In this document: in pieces, positions 9,916 to 20,514 of the stretch
Position numbering within the stretch: position 1 is the first letter of the stretch
Layout of the letters: every line of letters begins with the position of its first letter
Source of the DNA: a bacterium
Lineage (GTDB): Bacteria; Patescibacteriota; Patescibacteriia; S139-126
Direction: 5' to 3'
NCBI GenBank assembly: GCA_030666865.1
Contig: DAOUWZ010000003.1
Span: 19,873-83,872, forward strand
Length of the DNA: 64,000 bases
Position numbers and translations under genes: made by a program
The notes under the pieces: model-generated
What the model was told of the DNA's origin: nothing
The model's database searches: none
The model's input: the letters and a program-made list of their open reading frames with translations, nothing else

Positions 9916-12090
9916 ATGGCACGTAGAAAAAATAGAAAAAAATCAAGTAGTATTGCTTGGTTTAGAAATTTTGAATTATCATCAGAAGTTAAGCATTCTA
10001 TTTTGGTTATCTTAGTTTTGTTATTGGCTATTTTGATGATTCTTGGACTTTTTGATATGGCTGGTTTTGTTGGTATTTATTTGGTTAAGTTCTTGAAATT
10101 GATGTTTGGCAGGGGATATTTTTTATATCCTTTTATATTTTTTTTGGTCGGGTTATTTATTATTGACTCAGAAAGATTTGGTATCAAACCGACTAATTAT
10201 TTTGGTTTGGTTATTTTGATTTTATCTTTTAGCGGTTTGTTACATATTAGAAAAGAGCCATTGGAAATGTCTTGGGAGGTATTTGATCAAATGCTCGGTG
10301 GCGGTTATGTTGGTTGGTTTATTACTACGCCATTTTTTAAGATTATGGGTTTTTGGGCAACTTTGATAGTTTTGATTGCTCTTTTTATGATTGCTATATT
10401 TTTGACTTTTAATACATCTTTGCGTTCAGTTTTAAATAAAGTGGATGCGGTAAAAAATATCAGAGAAAGAATCTCGTCTTGGTGGTATCATTTATTTCAT
10501 AAAGATGAGTATACCAATAATGCAGAAGAAAGTGAGGAAGAAGAGGAGGATGAAGAAGTTGAAGGGCCGGAGTTTTCAGGTAAAGGATTGGAAGATGTTG
10601 ATGGCGAGCAACAACAACTGGAAGTTGATTCACAAAAAAGAAAGGTAAAAATTGAATTACCAATAAATCTTTTGGATCCAACCACTAGTAAGCCAACTAG
10701 TGGAGACATCCAGCTTAATAAAGAAAAAATTAAAAAAGCTTTGCAAAATTTTGGTATTGAAGTTGAAATGGGAGATGTTAGTGTTGGACCAACTGTTACT
10801 CAATATACTCTTTGTCCATCAAACGGAGTTAAATTATCAAGTATTTTAGCTTTGCAAAATGATTTAGCTTTGGCGCTGGCCGCTCATCCAATTAGGTTGG
10901 AAGCGCCAATTCCTGGTAAATCATTGGTAGGAGTAGAAGTGCCGAATGAATCTATAGCTACTGTTATGTTGCGGGAAGTAATTGGTTCAAAGAGTTTTGT
11001 TAAGAACAATAGTTCACTAACAATGGGAATCGGCAAGGATGTAGCTGGAAAAATTTGGACGGCTGATTTGGCTACTATGCCTCATCTGCTTATTGCTGGT
11101 GCTACTGGCAGCGGTAAATCAGTGTGTATTAATACTATTATTGTCAGTTTGTTGTATCAAAACAATCCAGATGATCTCAAATTTATTTTAGTTGACCCAA
11201 AAAGAGTTGAGTTATCAGCTTATAATAATTTGCCGTATTTAATGACCCCGGTAATTACTGATACTCAAAAAACTATTAATGCCCTTAAATGGATAGTTAA
11301 TGAGATGGATGAGAGGTATATTAAATTGCAAAAAACCAAGCATAAAAATATTGAAACTTATAATAAAGATTTCCCAAATGAGAAGATGCCATATATTGTT
11401 TTGATAATTGATGAATTAGCAGATTTGATGGTGACAGCAGCTCAAGAGGTTGAAGCAGCGATTATTAGACTAGCGCAAATGGCCAGAGCGGTTGGTATTC
11501 ATTTGATTTTAGCTACCCAAAGACCATCGGTTAATGTCATTACTGGTTTGATAAAAGCAAACATTACTTCCAGAATCGCTTTCGCAGTCGCTTCTGGCAT
11601 GGATTCACGCACAATCTTGGATACTTCTGGTGCAGAAAAATTATTAGGCAGAGGAGATATGTTATTTATATCAGCTAATATTTCTAAGCCAAAAAGATTA
11701 CAGGCCGCTTTTTTGTCCGAAGATGAAATTCAAAGAGTAACAGGATATATCAAAAAGCAAACAGACGAAGACATGGAATATGATGATTCTATTGTTGAGA
11801 AAAAAAGTCGGGGCAATGGAGCAGTTGATATGAGTACTAATGACGAAGATATGTATGACGAGGCAAGAGAATTAGTAATTAAAACTCAGAAAGCATCTGC
11901 TTCATATTTGCAAAGAAGATTACGCGTTGGTTATTCCAGAGCAGCCAGATTACTTGATCTTTTGGAGGATAATGGAATTATTGGTCCTTCAGAAGGAGCT
12001 AAACCAAGAGAAGTATTAGTTGGATCTGACGCAGATGAAGGATATGATATCCAAGAAGTAGATGAGGTTGATGAAATAGAAGAAGAATAA
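9916..12090 (+). CDS. ftsK: DNA translocase FtsK/SpoIIIE
   Basis: N-terminal TM helices, acidic linker, Walker A GATGSGKS, C-terminal gamma wHTH (YLQRRLRVGYSRAARLLDLLE). Confidence 0.9.
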   Translation: MARRKNRKKSSSIAWFRNFELSSEVKHSILVILVLLLAILMILGLFDMAGFVGIYLVKFLKLMFGRGYFLYPFIFFLVGLFIIDSERFGIKPTNYFGLVILILSFSGLLHIRKEPLEMSWEVFDQMLGGGYVGWFITTPFFKIMGFWATLIVLIALFMIAIFLTFNTSLRSVLNKVDAVKNIRERISSWWYHLFHKDEYTNNAEESEEEEEDEEVEGPEFSGKGLEDVDGEQQQLEVDSQKRKVKIELPINLLDPTTSKPTSGDIQLNKEKIKKALQNFGIEVEMGDVSVGPTVTQYTLCPSNGVKLSSILALQNDLALALAAHPIRLEAPIPGKSLVGVEVPNESIATVMLREVIGSKSFVKNNSSLTMGIGKDVAGKIWTADLATMPHLLIAGATGSGKSVCINTIIVSLLYQNNPDDLKFILVDPKRVELSAYNNLPYLMTPVITDTQKTINALKWIVNEMDERYIKLQKTKHKNIETYNKDFPNEKMPYIVLIIDELADLMVTAAQEVEAAIIRLAQMARAVGIHLILATQRPSVNVITGLIKANITSRIAFAVASGMDSRTILDTSGAEKLLGRGDMLFISANISKPKRLQAAFLSEDEIQRVTGYIKKQTDEDMEYDDSIVEKKSRGNGAVDMSTNDEDMYDEARELVIKTQKASASYLQRRLRVGYSRAARLLDLLEDNGIIGPSEGAKPREVLVGSDADEGYDIQEVDEVDEIEEE

Positions 12091-12115
12091 GAAAAAATAG
12101 AATATTAATAAATTT

Positions 12116-12799
12116 ATGGTATTTTTTACCGCAAAAAAAATTAAACAAATAAGCAACCTGGGTGATGTTCTAAAAAAGAAAAGGCGGGAGTTAGGAATGA
12201 GCTTATCTCAGATTAGTAAAAGGACTTTAATTGCAGAAAGATATTTGCAGTTGATTGAAGATGAGGATTGGCAAAGATTACCGGGTGAAATTTATATCAA
12301 AAATTTTTTAAAAAGATATGCTATGGAACTTGGACTTGATTCAGATAGAGTTTTAATGTCTTATTCTGACAACGGGTCGGCTTACGAAACCAGTATTTAT
12401 AGTTTGCAAAAAACATTGCCATTGGCTCAATCTAATTTTTTTAATATTCCTAAATTATTAAGAAATTCAGCTTTAATTTTATTGGTAGTTTTATTTGTTG
12501 GATATTTGGGTTGGCAGACAAATAAAATAGTTACTCCGCCAGAATTGAGTGTTTACTCGCCAGTTGATAATTTAGTTACTTCTGAATCAAAAATAATTAT
12601 TCAAGGAGAAACTGAACCTGAGGTGGAGGTGACTGTAAATAATATAAGTATTCCAGTAAATGAGGGACAATTTCATGAAGAGTTAGATTTGCAACAGGGA
12701 TTAAATGTTTTGAAAATTACTGCTCAGAAAAAATATAGCAAACAACAGGTCATTTATCGAAAGATTATGTGGAAAACAAATGATATTTCTAAATATTAA
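12116..12799 (+). CDS. RodZ-like HTH (XRE) membrane protein
   Basis: N-terminal HTH GMSLSQISKRTLIAERYLQLIEDEDW followed by a TM segment (ALILLVVLFVGYLGW) and an extracellular tail. This is the RodZ architecture. Confidence 0.5.
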   Translation: MVFFTAKKIKQISNLGDVLKKKRRELGMSLSQISKRTLIAERYLQLIEDEDWQRLPGEIYIKNFLKRYAMELGLDSDRVLMSYSDNGSAYETSIYSLQKTLPLAQSNFFNIPKLLRNSALILLVVLFVGYLGWQTNKIVTPPELSVYSPVDNLVTSESKIIIQGETEPEVEVTVNNISIPVNEGQFHEELDLQQGLNVLKITAQKKYSKQQVIYRKIMWKTNDISKY

Positions 12800-12805
12800 T
12801 TAATT

Positions 12806-13837
12806 ATGCATATGACAAAAACAGAGGAAAATAATAGTAATAAAGAGCAAGCTGCTAAAGAAGCAATTGACCAAATAAAGACCAGATTTGGTGAAGGAGC
12901 TATTATGAAATTTGGCGAAGCTAGAACCACTCAAGTAGCTTCTGTGCCAACTGGTTGTTTATCACTTGATATTGCACTTGGTGTAGGAGGAGTTCCTAGG
13001 GGAAGAATAATTGAAATATTTGGTCCTGAAGCATCAGGAAAAACAACCCTGGCTCAGCATATTGTATCAGAAGTGCAAAAGTTGGGAGGGGTGGCTGCTT
13101 TTATTGACGCTGAACATGCGCTTGATCCAGAATATGCAAAAAAGATTGGTATCAATGTTGATGAACTTCTTATTTCTCAACCTGATACAGGTGAACAAGC
13201 TTTAGAAATTGTTGAAACCTTAGTAAGATCAAACGGCGTTGATGTGATAGTGATTGATTCAGTGGCCGCTTTAGTTCCAAAAGCAGAAATAGAAGGTGAT
13301 ATGGGTGATTCGCATATGGGTTTGCAGGCTAGATTGATGTCACAAGCTTTGCGAAAATTAACCGGCGCTGTGGCTAAAACAAAAACAGTGGTAATATTTA
13401 TCAATCAAATCAGACATAAAATTGGTGTATTTTTTGGCAATCCGGAAGTTACTACTGGTGGAAATGCTTTGAAATTTTATTCATCAGTCAGAGTAGAAGT
13501 CAGGCGCAGTGCGCAAATCAAACAGGGTGATAAAATAATTGGCAATAGAGTAAAAGCCAAAGTAGTTAAAAATAAAGTAGCAGCTCCGTTTCGCACTACT
13601 GAATTTGATATTATGTATAATGAGGGTATATCTAGGTCAGGGGATATGATTGATATTGGAGTGCAATTGGATGTGGTAAAGAAGAGCGGTAATACTTATA
13701 GTTATGGAGAAGAAAAATTGGGAGTAGGTAGGGAAAATGCCAGGAAATATTTGAAAGGAAATTCAAAATTGATGGAAAAGATTTATAAGGATGTTTGGCA
13801 AGCTGTCAAAGCAAAACGAGAAGAAGATGATGAATAG
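12806..13837 (+). CDS. recA: Recombinase RecA
   Basis: [11 protein letters not shown] Walker A, the FINQIR motif and canonical overall sequence. Confidence 0.95.
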   Translation: MHMTKTEENNSNKEQAAKEAIDQIKTRFGEGAIMKFGEARTTQVASVPTGCLSLDIALGVGGVPRGRIIEIFGPEASGKTTLAQHIVSEVQKLGGVAAFIDAEHALDPEYAKKIGINVDELLISQPDTGEQALEIVETLVRSNGVDVIVIDSVAALVPKAEIEGDMGDSHMGLQARLMSQALRKLTGAVAKTKTVVIFINQIRHKIGVFFGNPEVTTGGNALKFYSSVRVEVRRSAQIKQGDKIIGNRVKAKVVKNKVAAPFRTTEFDIMYNEGISRSGDMIDIGVQLDVVKKSGNTYSYGEEKLGVGRENARKYLKGNSKLMEKIYKDVWQAVKAKREEDDE

Positions 13838-13920
13838 TTTTTAGAATTTAACATATTTAAATAGTTTTAAACCGTAGTGACAGAGCAGTGCTCTGTCACT
13901 ACAATATACAAAATAATAAA

Positions 13921-13950
13921 AAAGAACGGACGCATCCGTTCTTTTTTATT
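13921..13950 (+). terminator. Rho-independent terminator after recA
   Basis: GAACGG-ACGCAT-CCGTTC hairpin followed by TTTTTTATT. A 13-bp perfect-stem hairpin (13874-13902) precedes it. Confidence 0.7.
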
Positions 13951-14000
13951 ATTTCTTAGAATTGTAATGGTCAAGAGCGTTAGATTTTATGTTACATAGC

Positions 14001-14026
14001 TTGTTACGTAGCATGCTACGTAACAA
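14001..14026. repeat. 26-nt perfect palindrome TTGTTACGTAGCATGCTACGTAACAA. A related imperfect copy lies at 53947-53972.
   Basis: Direct reading. It equals its own reverse complement. The 17-nt core AGCTTGTTACGTAGCAT is shared with 53945-53961. Confidence 0.8.
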
Positions 14027-14135
14027 TATCTACTTTGCAAAGTATTTATATTACACTAATCTCACAAATCCTTTTTTCCACAGTGGACAAGCCCTTATTC
14101 ACGGGCAAGCAAAAGGGTGCTTAATTATTTATTCA

Positions 14136-14693
14136 TTATGCTCGTTCTGCGTATTCACCAGTTTCAGTATTGACTATCACCATATCGCTATTATTTATAA
14201 ACAAAGGAGCATTGATTACCAAATTATTTTCCAAAGTAACTTGCTTGGTAACACTACCAGCTGAATCACCTTTGATTCCTGGTGGCGCTTCGGTAACTTT
14301 GTATTTTACTTTGGTTGGCAGAGAAATTGTTACCGCATTGCCATTGTATAAAAGCACATCAACTTGCAAACCTTCAAGTAAATATTTTATTTGTTCCTCA
14401 ATGTCAGATTTTGATAATGTGAATTGTTCAAAAGATTCTGAATCCATAAAATTATAACCGCTATCATCAAAATATAAGAATGAAGCTTTTCTTCTTTGGA
14501 TATCTGCCTCCTCTGTCTTATCACCGCTGTTAAAAGATTTTTCTATAACCTGTCCAGTGATAAGATTTTTTAATTTGGTACGCAAAGTAGCTCCACTCCT
14601 GGCAACTTTGATGTGTTGGGTTTTTTGAACTACGAATGGAGCATTATCAATAACAATAATTTTACCCAGTTTGATATCTGACATTTCTAACAT
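14136..14693 (-). CDS. efp: Elongation factor P
   Basis: 185 aa with canonical EF-P domains (KLGKIIVIDNAPFVV ... three OB domains). Confidence 0.9.
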   Translation of the reverse strand: MLEMSDIKLGKIIVIDNAPFVVQKTQHIKVARSGATLRTKLKNLITGQVIEKSFNSGDKTEEADIQRRKASFLYFDDSGYNFMDSESFEQFTLSKSDIEEQIKYLLEGLQVDVLLYNGNAVTISLPTKVKYKVTEAPPGIKGDSAGSVTKQVTLENNLVINAPLFINNSDMVIVNTETGEYAERA

Positions 14694-14761
14694 AATATAA
14701 GTAGCAAGTATTAAGTATTAGGTAGTAAGTAGATTGCTAAAATCTAGTCGAGACTTGTAAT

Positions 14762-14989
14762 TTAGCGAGTAGTGTAAGGTAAAAGAGCCATATAGCGAGA
14801 TCTTTTGATTGCCGTGGCTAATTTACGTTGGTGTTTTGAGCATACGCCAGATTTTCTGCGGGGAACAATTTTTCCATAAGACGAAGTATATCTTCTCAAA
14901 AGTTCAGTATTCTTATAATCAATTTCTTTTATTCCATTGACACAGAAATGACAGTATTTTTCTTTTTCAAATAAACTCTTCTTTACCAT
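14762..14989 (-). CDS. rpsR: 30S ribosomal protein S18
   Basis: 75 aa. [41 protein letters not shown] is the S18 signature. Confidence 0.9.
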   Translation of the reverse strand: MVKKSLFEKEKYCHFCVNGIKEIDYKNTELLRRYTSSYGKIVPRRKSGVCSKHQRKLATAIKRSRYMALLPYTTR

Positions 14990-15009
14990 CTGTTTTTAAT
15001 TATTAATAT

Positions 15010-15456
15010 TTAGAAAGGAATTTCATCAACATTTATTTCTTCCTCTTTTGGTTCTTGGCTTGGTTCTGGTTGGCTGGAATCATTGTTTGACTGCGCTGGG
15101 GCTGGTGAAGATCCTTGATTTCCAGATCCTGCTCGGTCAAGCATAATCATATTTTCTGCTACTATTTCGGTACGATATTTTTTTACTCCACTTTGGTCAT
15201 CCCAAGAACGGGTTTGTAATCTTCCTTCAAGATAAATCTTACTGCCTTTAGTAAGATATTGGGCGCAAATTTCTCCAAGTTTTCTCCATGCAACTATATT
15301 GTGGAATTCTACTTTTTCTTGTTTTTGTCCATTGGCATCATTCCAAACTAGATTGGTAGCCACAGAAAATGTAGTGACTGTTGTACCTTGAGGAGTGGTT
15401 CTTGTTTCTGGATCACGGGTCAAGTTCCCAATGATCATTGCTTTGTTTAAATTCAT
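15010..15456 (-). CDS. ssb: Single-stranded DNA-binding protein
   Basis: OB fold MNLNKAMIIGNLTRDPE..., Gly/Ser/Gln-rich linker and acidic C-terminal DEIPF tip. Confidence 0.9.
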   Translation of the reverse strand: MNLNKAMIIGNLTRDPETRTTPQGTTVTTFSVATNLVWNDANGQKQEKVEFHNIVAWRKLGEICAQYLTKGSKIYLEGRLQTRSWDDQSGVKKYRTEIVAENMIMLDRAGSGNQGSSPAPAQSNNDSSQPEPSQEPKEEEINVDEIPF

Positions 15457-15487
15457 AAGCGTTAGTTAAGAATTAAGAGAATAAAAA

Positions 15488-15961
15488 TTATATTTTTTCA
15501 TCAATAATTTCTTCAAGTTTTTTATCTAGTTCGTCAAGCGACATCTTGCCAGCTTCTTTCTTTTCTTTGATTTTTGATTTTTTTTCTTTTGGCACAAATT
15601 TATCACCAATTTCTTTTTTTTCTTTTTGTTTCTGTTGTTTTACTTTTTCTTTTTCTCTTTCTTCTCTTGTTTTTGGTGTAGATTTTACTATAAGATAACG
15701 CAATAAATTATCATGTAGTTTAAGTTTTTTATCTATGTCTGAAAAATTATTGTCAGACATAGTGAACTCAATAATGAAATAATAACCATAACGAAGATGG
15801 TTGATTGGATAAGCTATTTTTCGTCTGCCCAAGTATTCATTATGAACAATCTCAACCTTTCCTGATACAAAAAAATCTGTAATTTGTTTAATTACAGGCT
15901 CAACTTCATTTTCGGCTAAATTGCCTGGGATGATTCCCATGAATTCATAATATTTATTCAT
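15488..15961 (-). CDS. rpsF: 30S ribosomal protein S6 with a K/E-rich C-terminal extension
   Basis: MNKYYEFMGII... is the S6 N-terminus. Classical rpsF-ssb-rpsR gene order. Start chosen at the second Met; the track ORF extends to 15982. Confidence 0.8.
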   Translation of the reverse strand: MNKYYEFMGIIPGNLAENEVEPVIKQITDFFVSGKVEIVHNEYLGRRKIAYPINHLRYGYYFIIEFTMSDNNFSDIDKKLKLHDNLLRYLIVKSTPKTREEREKEKVKQQKQKEKKEIGDKFVPKEKKSKIKEKKEAGKMSLDELDKKLEEIIDEKI

Positions 15962-15982
15962 AAAGTTTCCCCTATGGTTCAC

Positions 15983-16060
15983 CGGAACGACTATAATATC
16001 CGGGACTGCTGCGACGCGAAGCCACTAACAGAAAGGTAATTAATTATTAAGTTTTTAAGT
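15983..16060 (-). promoter_or_regulatory. GC-rich structured 5' leader of rpsF (possible S6:S18 autoregulatory leader)
   Basis: Locally GC-rich (CCGG...CCGG hairpin potential) in an AT-rich genome, directly upstream of the rpsF start. Structured rpsF leaders are known in other bacteria. Confidence 0.3.
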
Positions 16061-16234
16061 ATAATTACTTTAGCAAAAGGTCTGTTTTTAGTCAAGCTTA
16101 GTTTAGTAGGTAGTATTCAGTATGTAGTATATAGGGTAAATAAGATATTTTATACATAATTTTTGTTTTTATTGATAATTATTCGTATGGTATAATTATA
16201 CAGAATTATTTAAGCAGTTGAATATATATTAAAT

Positions 16235-17446
16235 ATGAAATATTTTTTTATTTTTGGAATTCATCCATCATTATCGGTTGCTGAATTGTTACAATATTTT
16301 TTATTGAAAAAAATTGAATACAAAATATTATCTGCAGGCAGTGATTTTTTGATAGTTGAAACCATAGAGCAAATAAATTTAGCGGAAATACAAAAAAAAT
16401 TGGGGGGATTGGTAAAATCTGGACAAATTATTGGAGAGAATTTTATTAAAATACCATCAGCTGATGAATTGTTGGATGGTTTGCAAGAGTTTATCAAAAC
16501 AGGGAAAAAGTTTTTTTGCGGGTTTTCTTTTTACCCAAGTTATAAAAAACAATATAGTAAAATTTTATTTAGATTGGGATTGGAATTGAAAAAAAATTTG
16601 AAACAACAAAAAATTTCTACTAGAATAGTCAGTTCCAAAGAGACTAATTTATCTTCAGTAACAGTAGCAAAAAATAAGTTATTATCAGATCGGGGAGCAG
16701 AAGTTGTTTTTATGCAAGATTATGATGTCAAGAAAATTTTTATGGGCAGAACTGCCACAGTTCAGGATTTTGCTAATTTAAGTTTTAGAGATTATTCCAG
16801 GCCAGCCAGAGATGATTATTCTGGAATGATTCCTCCAAAATTAGCGCAGATAATGATTAATTTATCAGGATCTGATTATATGGAAAAAGTACTTGATCCT
16901 TTTTGTGGTTCAGGAACAATTTTACAAGAAGCTTTACTGATTGGTTATCGGAAAGTGATTGGATTTGATTCATCTGCCAAAGCTATTTGTGATACTAAGG
17001 AAAATTTAGTTTGGCTAAAGAATAAATTTGAAGTGAATATTGATAAAGTTTTAATTTTTGAAAGCAACGTAGAAGTCTTAGCTGATAGAATAGATATTGG
17101 TTCAATTGGCGCTATTGTGACTGAACCTGATTTGGGGACTGTTAAATTAAATAAAAAAAATGTTTTGACAGAAAAAAAGCGTTTAGAAGATCTTTATGTA
17201 AAAGCTTATGGGCAGTTTGTAGAAGTATTGAAAAAACGGGCAAGAGTAGTAATGGTTTGGCCAGTTTTTTTTACTGAGTATTACTTGGATATTGAATCAA
17301 CCATAAAGAATTTTGGGTTTAAAAAAATAAATATATTGTCTGATGATTTGCAGAAGGTATATAAATTGAATGATAGAAAAAATTTGTATTATGGAAGAAC
17401 AGGACAAAAAGTCACCCGTGAAGTTACGGTGTGGGAGAAAATTTAG
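16235..17446 (+). CDS. Class I SAM-dependent RNA methyltransferase (UPF0020/THUMP-associated, RlmL/Trm-like)
   Basis: Motif I-like DPFCGSGTILQEA, typical of UPF0020 N6-adenine/m2G methyltransferases. Confidence 0.5.
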   Translation: MKYFFIFGIHPSLSVAELLQYFLLKKIEYKILSAGSDFLIVETIEQINLAEIQKKLGGLVKSGQIIGENFIKIPSADELLDGLQEFIKTGKKFFCGFSFYPSYKKQYSKILFRLGLELKKNLKQQKISTRIVSSKETNLSSVTVAKNKLLSDRGAEVVFMQDYDVKKIFMGRTATVQDFANLSFRDYSRPARDDYSGMIPPKLAQIMINLSGSDYMEKVLDPFCGSGTILQEALLIGYRKVIGFDSSAKAICDTKENLVWLKNKFEVNIDKVLIFESNVEVLADRIDIGSIGAIVTEPDLGTVKLNKKNVLTEKKRLEDLYVKAYGQFVEVLKKRARVVMVWPVFFTEYYLDIESTIKNFGFKKINILSDDLQKVYKLNDRKNLYYGRTGQKVTREVTVWEKI

Positions 17447-18527
17447 AATTTTGATAATATCATTTTTACTTCTAATGGTCGCAATTTTATTTGTGACTGT
17501 TTTTTATAAGCTAAAGCCAAATAACACCAAGATAAATTTGTCTGTCCAGATAAATAACAATCAGTCCTTGTCAGAGAATAAATCAGAGTTAATAAATGAA
17601 GTTGAATTTGAAGAGAATGAATACATTTTGATATTTGGCGGTGATGTAATGTTAGGACGACATGTTCAACAGCTACAAGAGAAAAATGGCGGGTATTTGT
17701 CTGCTTGGGAAAATATTGCTTCAGAGTTTAGCACTGCTGATTTGGCTATAATTAATTTAGAATCTCCGTTTTCAGATAGACTTCCATATCCGACCGAAGG
17801 TTTTGTTTTTAAAGCTAAGCCCAAAAATATAGACGGATTACTTGTGGCTGGAATTGATGTCGTGCATCTGGCTAATAATCATTTTGGCAATGCTGGAGTA
17901 TATGGCATGAATTACACTTTTGATATTTTAAAAGAAAATAATATTGAATATGTCGGTGCCGGTAAAAATTTATTAGAAGCTTATCAAAGTAAAATTATCA
18001 AAATTGATGATTTGTCTATCGGTTTAGTTGGGCAAGGGTATAATGTCAGCTGGTATCGAGCTGGCAGAGATACTCCCGGGATTGCCGTTCTTGATCAGGA
18101 AAAATTATCTGTAGAAATAGAAAATTTAAAAGAACAAAAAGCAGATATTATTATTGCCATGTTTCACGGTGGGGTAGAATATATTACCAAACCAAATCAA
18201 GATCAGATTTTATTTGCTCATACAGCCGTAGAGGCTGGCGCTGATTTGGTAGTTGGACATCATCCTCATTGGGTGCAGGAAATTGAAGAATATCAGGATA
18301 AATATATTTTTTATTCTTTGGGTAATTTGATTTTTGATCAAAATTGGTCTAAAGAAACAAGTCGAGGATTAGTATTGCAGGTAAATATTACTAACAAAAA
18401 AATAATAGGTTATGAGTTGAAACCAGTAGTGATAGAAAATAATTTTAAACCACGGTGGGCAGATGAAAATGAATCGCAAGAAATATTAGAAAATATTGAT
18501 TATGATAGTATAATCATAGAGCTGTAA
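17370..18527 (+). CDS. CapA/PGA_cap family metallophosphatase (poly-gamma-glutamate capsule synthesis-like)
   Basis: Hallmark FGGDVMLGR. N-terminal TM anchor. HHPHW. The start codon is uncertain because the ORF overlaps the upstream gene. Confidence 0.6.
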   Translation: MIEKICIMEEQDKKSPVKLRCGRKFRILIISFLLLMVAILFVTVFYKLKPNNTKINLSVQINNNQSLSENKSELINEVEFEENEYILIFGGDVMLGRHVQQLQEKNGGYLSAWENIASEFSTADLAIINLESPFSDRLPYPTEGFVFKAKPKNIDGLLVAGIDVVHLANNHFGNAGVYGMNYTFDILKENNIEYVGAGKNLLEAYQSKIIKIDDLSIGLVGQGYNVSWYRAGRDTPGIAVLDQEKLSVEIENLKEQKADIIIAMFHGGVEYITKPNQDQILFAHTAVEAGADLVVGHHPHWVQEIEEYQDKYIFYSLGNLIFDQNWSKETSRGLVLQVNITNKKIIGYELKPVVIENNFKPRWADENESQEILENIDYDSIIIEL

Positions 18528-18612
18528 TAGAAAATTTATTTTGACATTTTTATTGACTAAGAGTAAGATAATCTAAATCACAGTATATTAAAAAAAGAAA
18601 AGGAGTCTAGCT

Positions 18613-19263
18613 ATGCAGAAAAAAGAGTATGGAGATTTTAATTGGCGTTATTGGTTATACCTTCCAAATCTTATTAGTTTATCTCGTTTTATTACTATCC
18701 CACTTTTTTTATGGGAATTTGTAGAACAAAATTATTTTTTAGCATTTATTTGGGCGGTAGTTTCTATAGGTTCAGATATTCTCGATGGTTGGTTAGCACG
18801 AAAATTGGATAAACGCTCAAATTTAGGATTGATTTTGGATCCGGCTGGAGATTATTGGGCTTTTTTACTAACCCCGATAGCTTTTTATTATTATGATATT
18901 ATGCCCCAGTATATTGCTGTAATTATTTCTGGCTATATTATGGTCAAAGTTATTTGGATTATTTTTATTCATGTTAATAGTGAAGATAATGATAAAAAAA
19001 TTAAATATGTGGAAGCACGTTTGTTGAGTAAGTTTACCACTATTACTTTTGCATTAGTATTATTTATTTATTTTTTATTATCTATACCGGTTAATTGTAT
19101 TTTTTTACCATGGCAAAATGCTTGGTTAATATTGCAGAATGGTTTGCAAGCCACCATACTTTTTATTAATATTTTTGCAATTCTTTTTGCCATTACCGCA
19201 TTGTTTGACTATTATTTGGAAAGTGATTTCCATAAACTGTATATAAGAAAACTCCTCGAATGA
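18613..19263 (+). CDS. CDP-alcohol phosphatidyltransferase family protein
   Basis: DILDGWLARKLDKRSNLGLILDPAGD matches D-G-x2-A-R-x8-G-x3-D-x3-D. Multi-pass membrane protein. Confidence 0.6.
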   Translation: MQKKEYGDFNWRYWLYLPNLISLSRFITIPLFLWEFVEQNYFLAFIWAVVSIGSDILDGWLARKLDKRSNLGLILDPAGDYWAFLLTPIAFYYYDIMPQYIAVIISGYIMVKVIWIIFIHVNSEDNDKKIKYVEARLLSKFTTITFALVLFIYFLLSIPVNCIFLPWQNAWLILQNGLQATILFINIFAILFAITALFDYYLESDFHKLYIRKLLE

Positions 19264-19277
19264 GGAGTTTTTTATTT
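19250..19277. terminator. Bidirectional hairpin terminator between the convergent 18613 (+) gene and ychF (-)
   Basis: CTCCTC-GAATGA-GGAG hairpin with A-run before and T-run after. Confidence 0.6.
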
Positions 19278-19293
19278 GAAAATTTTTATTATA

Positions 19294-20358
19294 TTAATTA
19301 CTGAATCGAAACATCATTACATCACCGTCGCGAACCTCATAATCCTTGCCTTCAGTTTGCATTACTCCAGCATCGCGGGCGCCAGTCCAGCCGTTATGTT
19401 TGATAAAATTTTCATAGGCAATTGTTTCCGCGCGAATAAAGCCTTGTTCAAAATCAGTATGAATTTTTCCGGCAGCTTCTGGTGCTGCCATACCATTTTG
19501 AATAGTCCAAGCTCTAGTTTCTTTTTCACCGGAAGTAAAAAATGTTATCAGATTTAGCAATTCGTATGATGCTTTGATTAGTTTATCTAGGCCAGTCTGG
19601 GTAATACCGGATTCTTGCAAGTATTCTCGTATTTCTTTATCAGTTAGGATGGCTAATTCAGCTTCTAGTTTGGTGCAGATTTTGACAGTATCTTTCGGTA
19701 GAGATGTTTCTTTGTTTAAATCCTCTTCAGCTACATTATAAATATAAATTAAAGGTTTAGCTGTTAGTAGATTGAAATTTTTTAATATTTTTTGTTCATC
19801 ATTATTAAATTCAATCGTGTTAATCCATTGACCTTGTTCTAACTCGGGAATAATTTTTTCTAATAATTTTTTTTCTTGATCAAGTATTTTTTCATGCGGT
19901 CCTTTTAATTGGCTAAGAATTTTATCCAGTCTTTTTTTAACAGTATCTAAATCAGCAAAAACGAGTTCCAAATTAATTGTCTCTTTATCTGATTCTGGGT
20001 CTATTTTACCATCAACATGAATTATATTATCATCCTTAAAATCACGGACTACTTCGACAATCGCATCTACCTCTCTGATATGAGATAAAAATTTATTTCC
20101 CAAACCCTCACCCTTGTGAGCGCCAGCTACTAATCCGGCAATATCCACGAATTCTATCACCGTGGGGATGGTTTTAGCTGATTTTGATATTTGGGTAAGT
20201 TTGGCTAGACGCTCGTCAGGAACTTCAACCACGCCTATATTTGGGTCAATAGTGCAAAAAGGATAATTCTGGGCATCCGCTTGATTGCGCGTCAGAGCAT
20301 TAAACAGGGTAGATTTTCCTACATTTGGCAGGCCAACAATACCGATTTGAAAAGACAT
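19294..20358 (-). CDS. ychF: Ribosome-binding ATPase YchF (Obg-family)
   Basis: MSFQIGIVGLPNVGKSTLFNALT G1 motif and C-terminal TGS domain. Confidence 0.9.
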   Translation of the reverse strand: MSFQIGIVGLPNVGKSTLFNALTRNQADAQNYPFCTIDPNIGVVEVPDERLAKLTQISKSAKTIPTVIEFVDIAGLVAGAHKGEGLGNKFLSHIREVDAIVEVVRDFKDDNIIHVDGKIDPESDKETINLELVFADLDTVKKRLDKILSQLKGPHEKILDQEKKLLEKIIPELEQGQWINTIEFNNDEQKILKNFNLLTAKPLIYIYNVAEEDLNKETSLPKDTVKICTKLEAELAILTDKEIREYLQESGITQTGLDKLIKASYELLNLITFFTSGEKETRAWTIQNGMAAPEAAGKIHTDFEQGFIRAETIAYENFIKHNGWTGARDAGVMQTEGKDYEVRDGDVMMFRFSN

Positions 20359-20514
20359 TTATTTTAGTATTATGAATAAAATATTTAGTATAATGTATAT
20401 TGATTCTAATCAAGATAATGTTTTTCGTCAACGCTTTTCAACTATATTTTATTTTGTATTTAATAGTAATATAATAAATTTTTTGTTATAATATTATTAA
20501 TTAACAATAATTCT

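Noticed and set aside
13989-14264. Track ORF 13989..14264 (+)
   Set aside because: It begins inside the intergenic palindrome and runs antisense through the 3' end of efp. Spurious.
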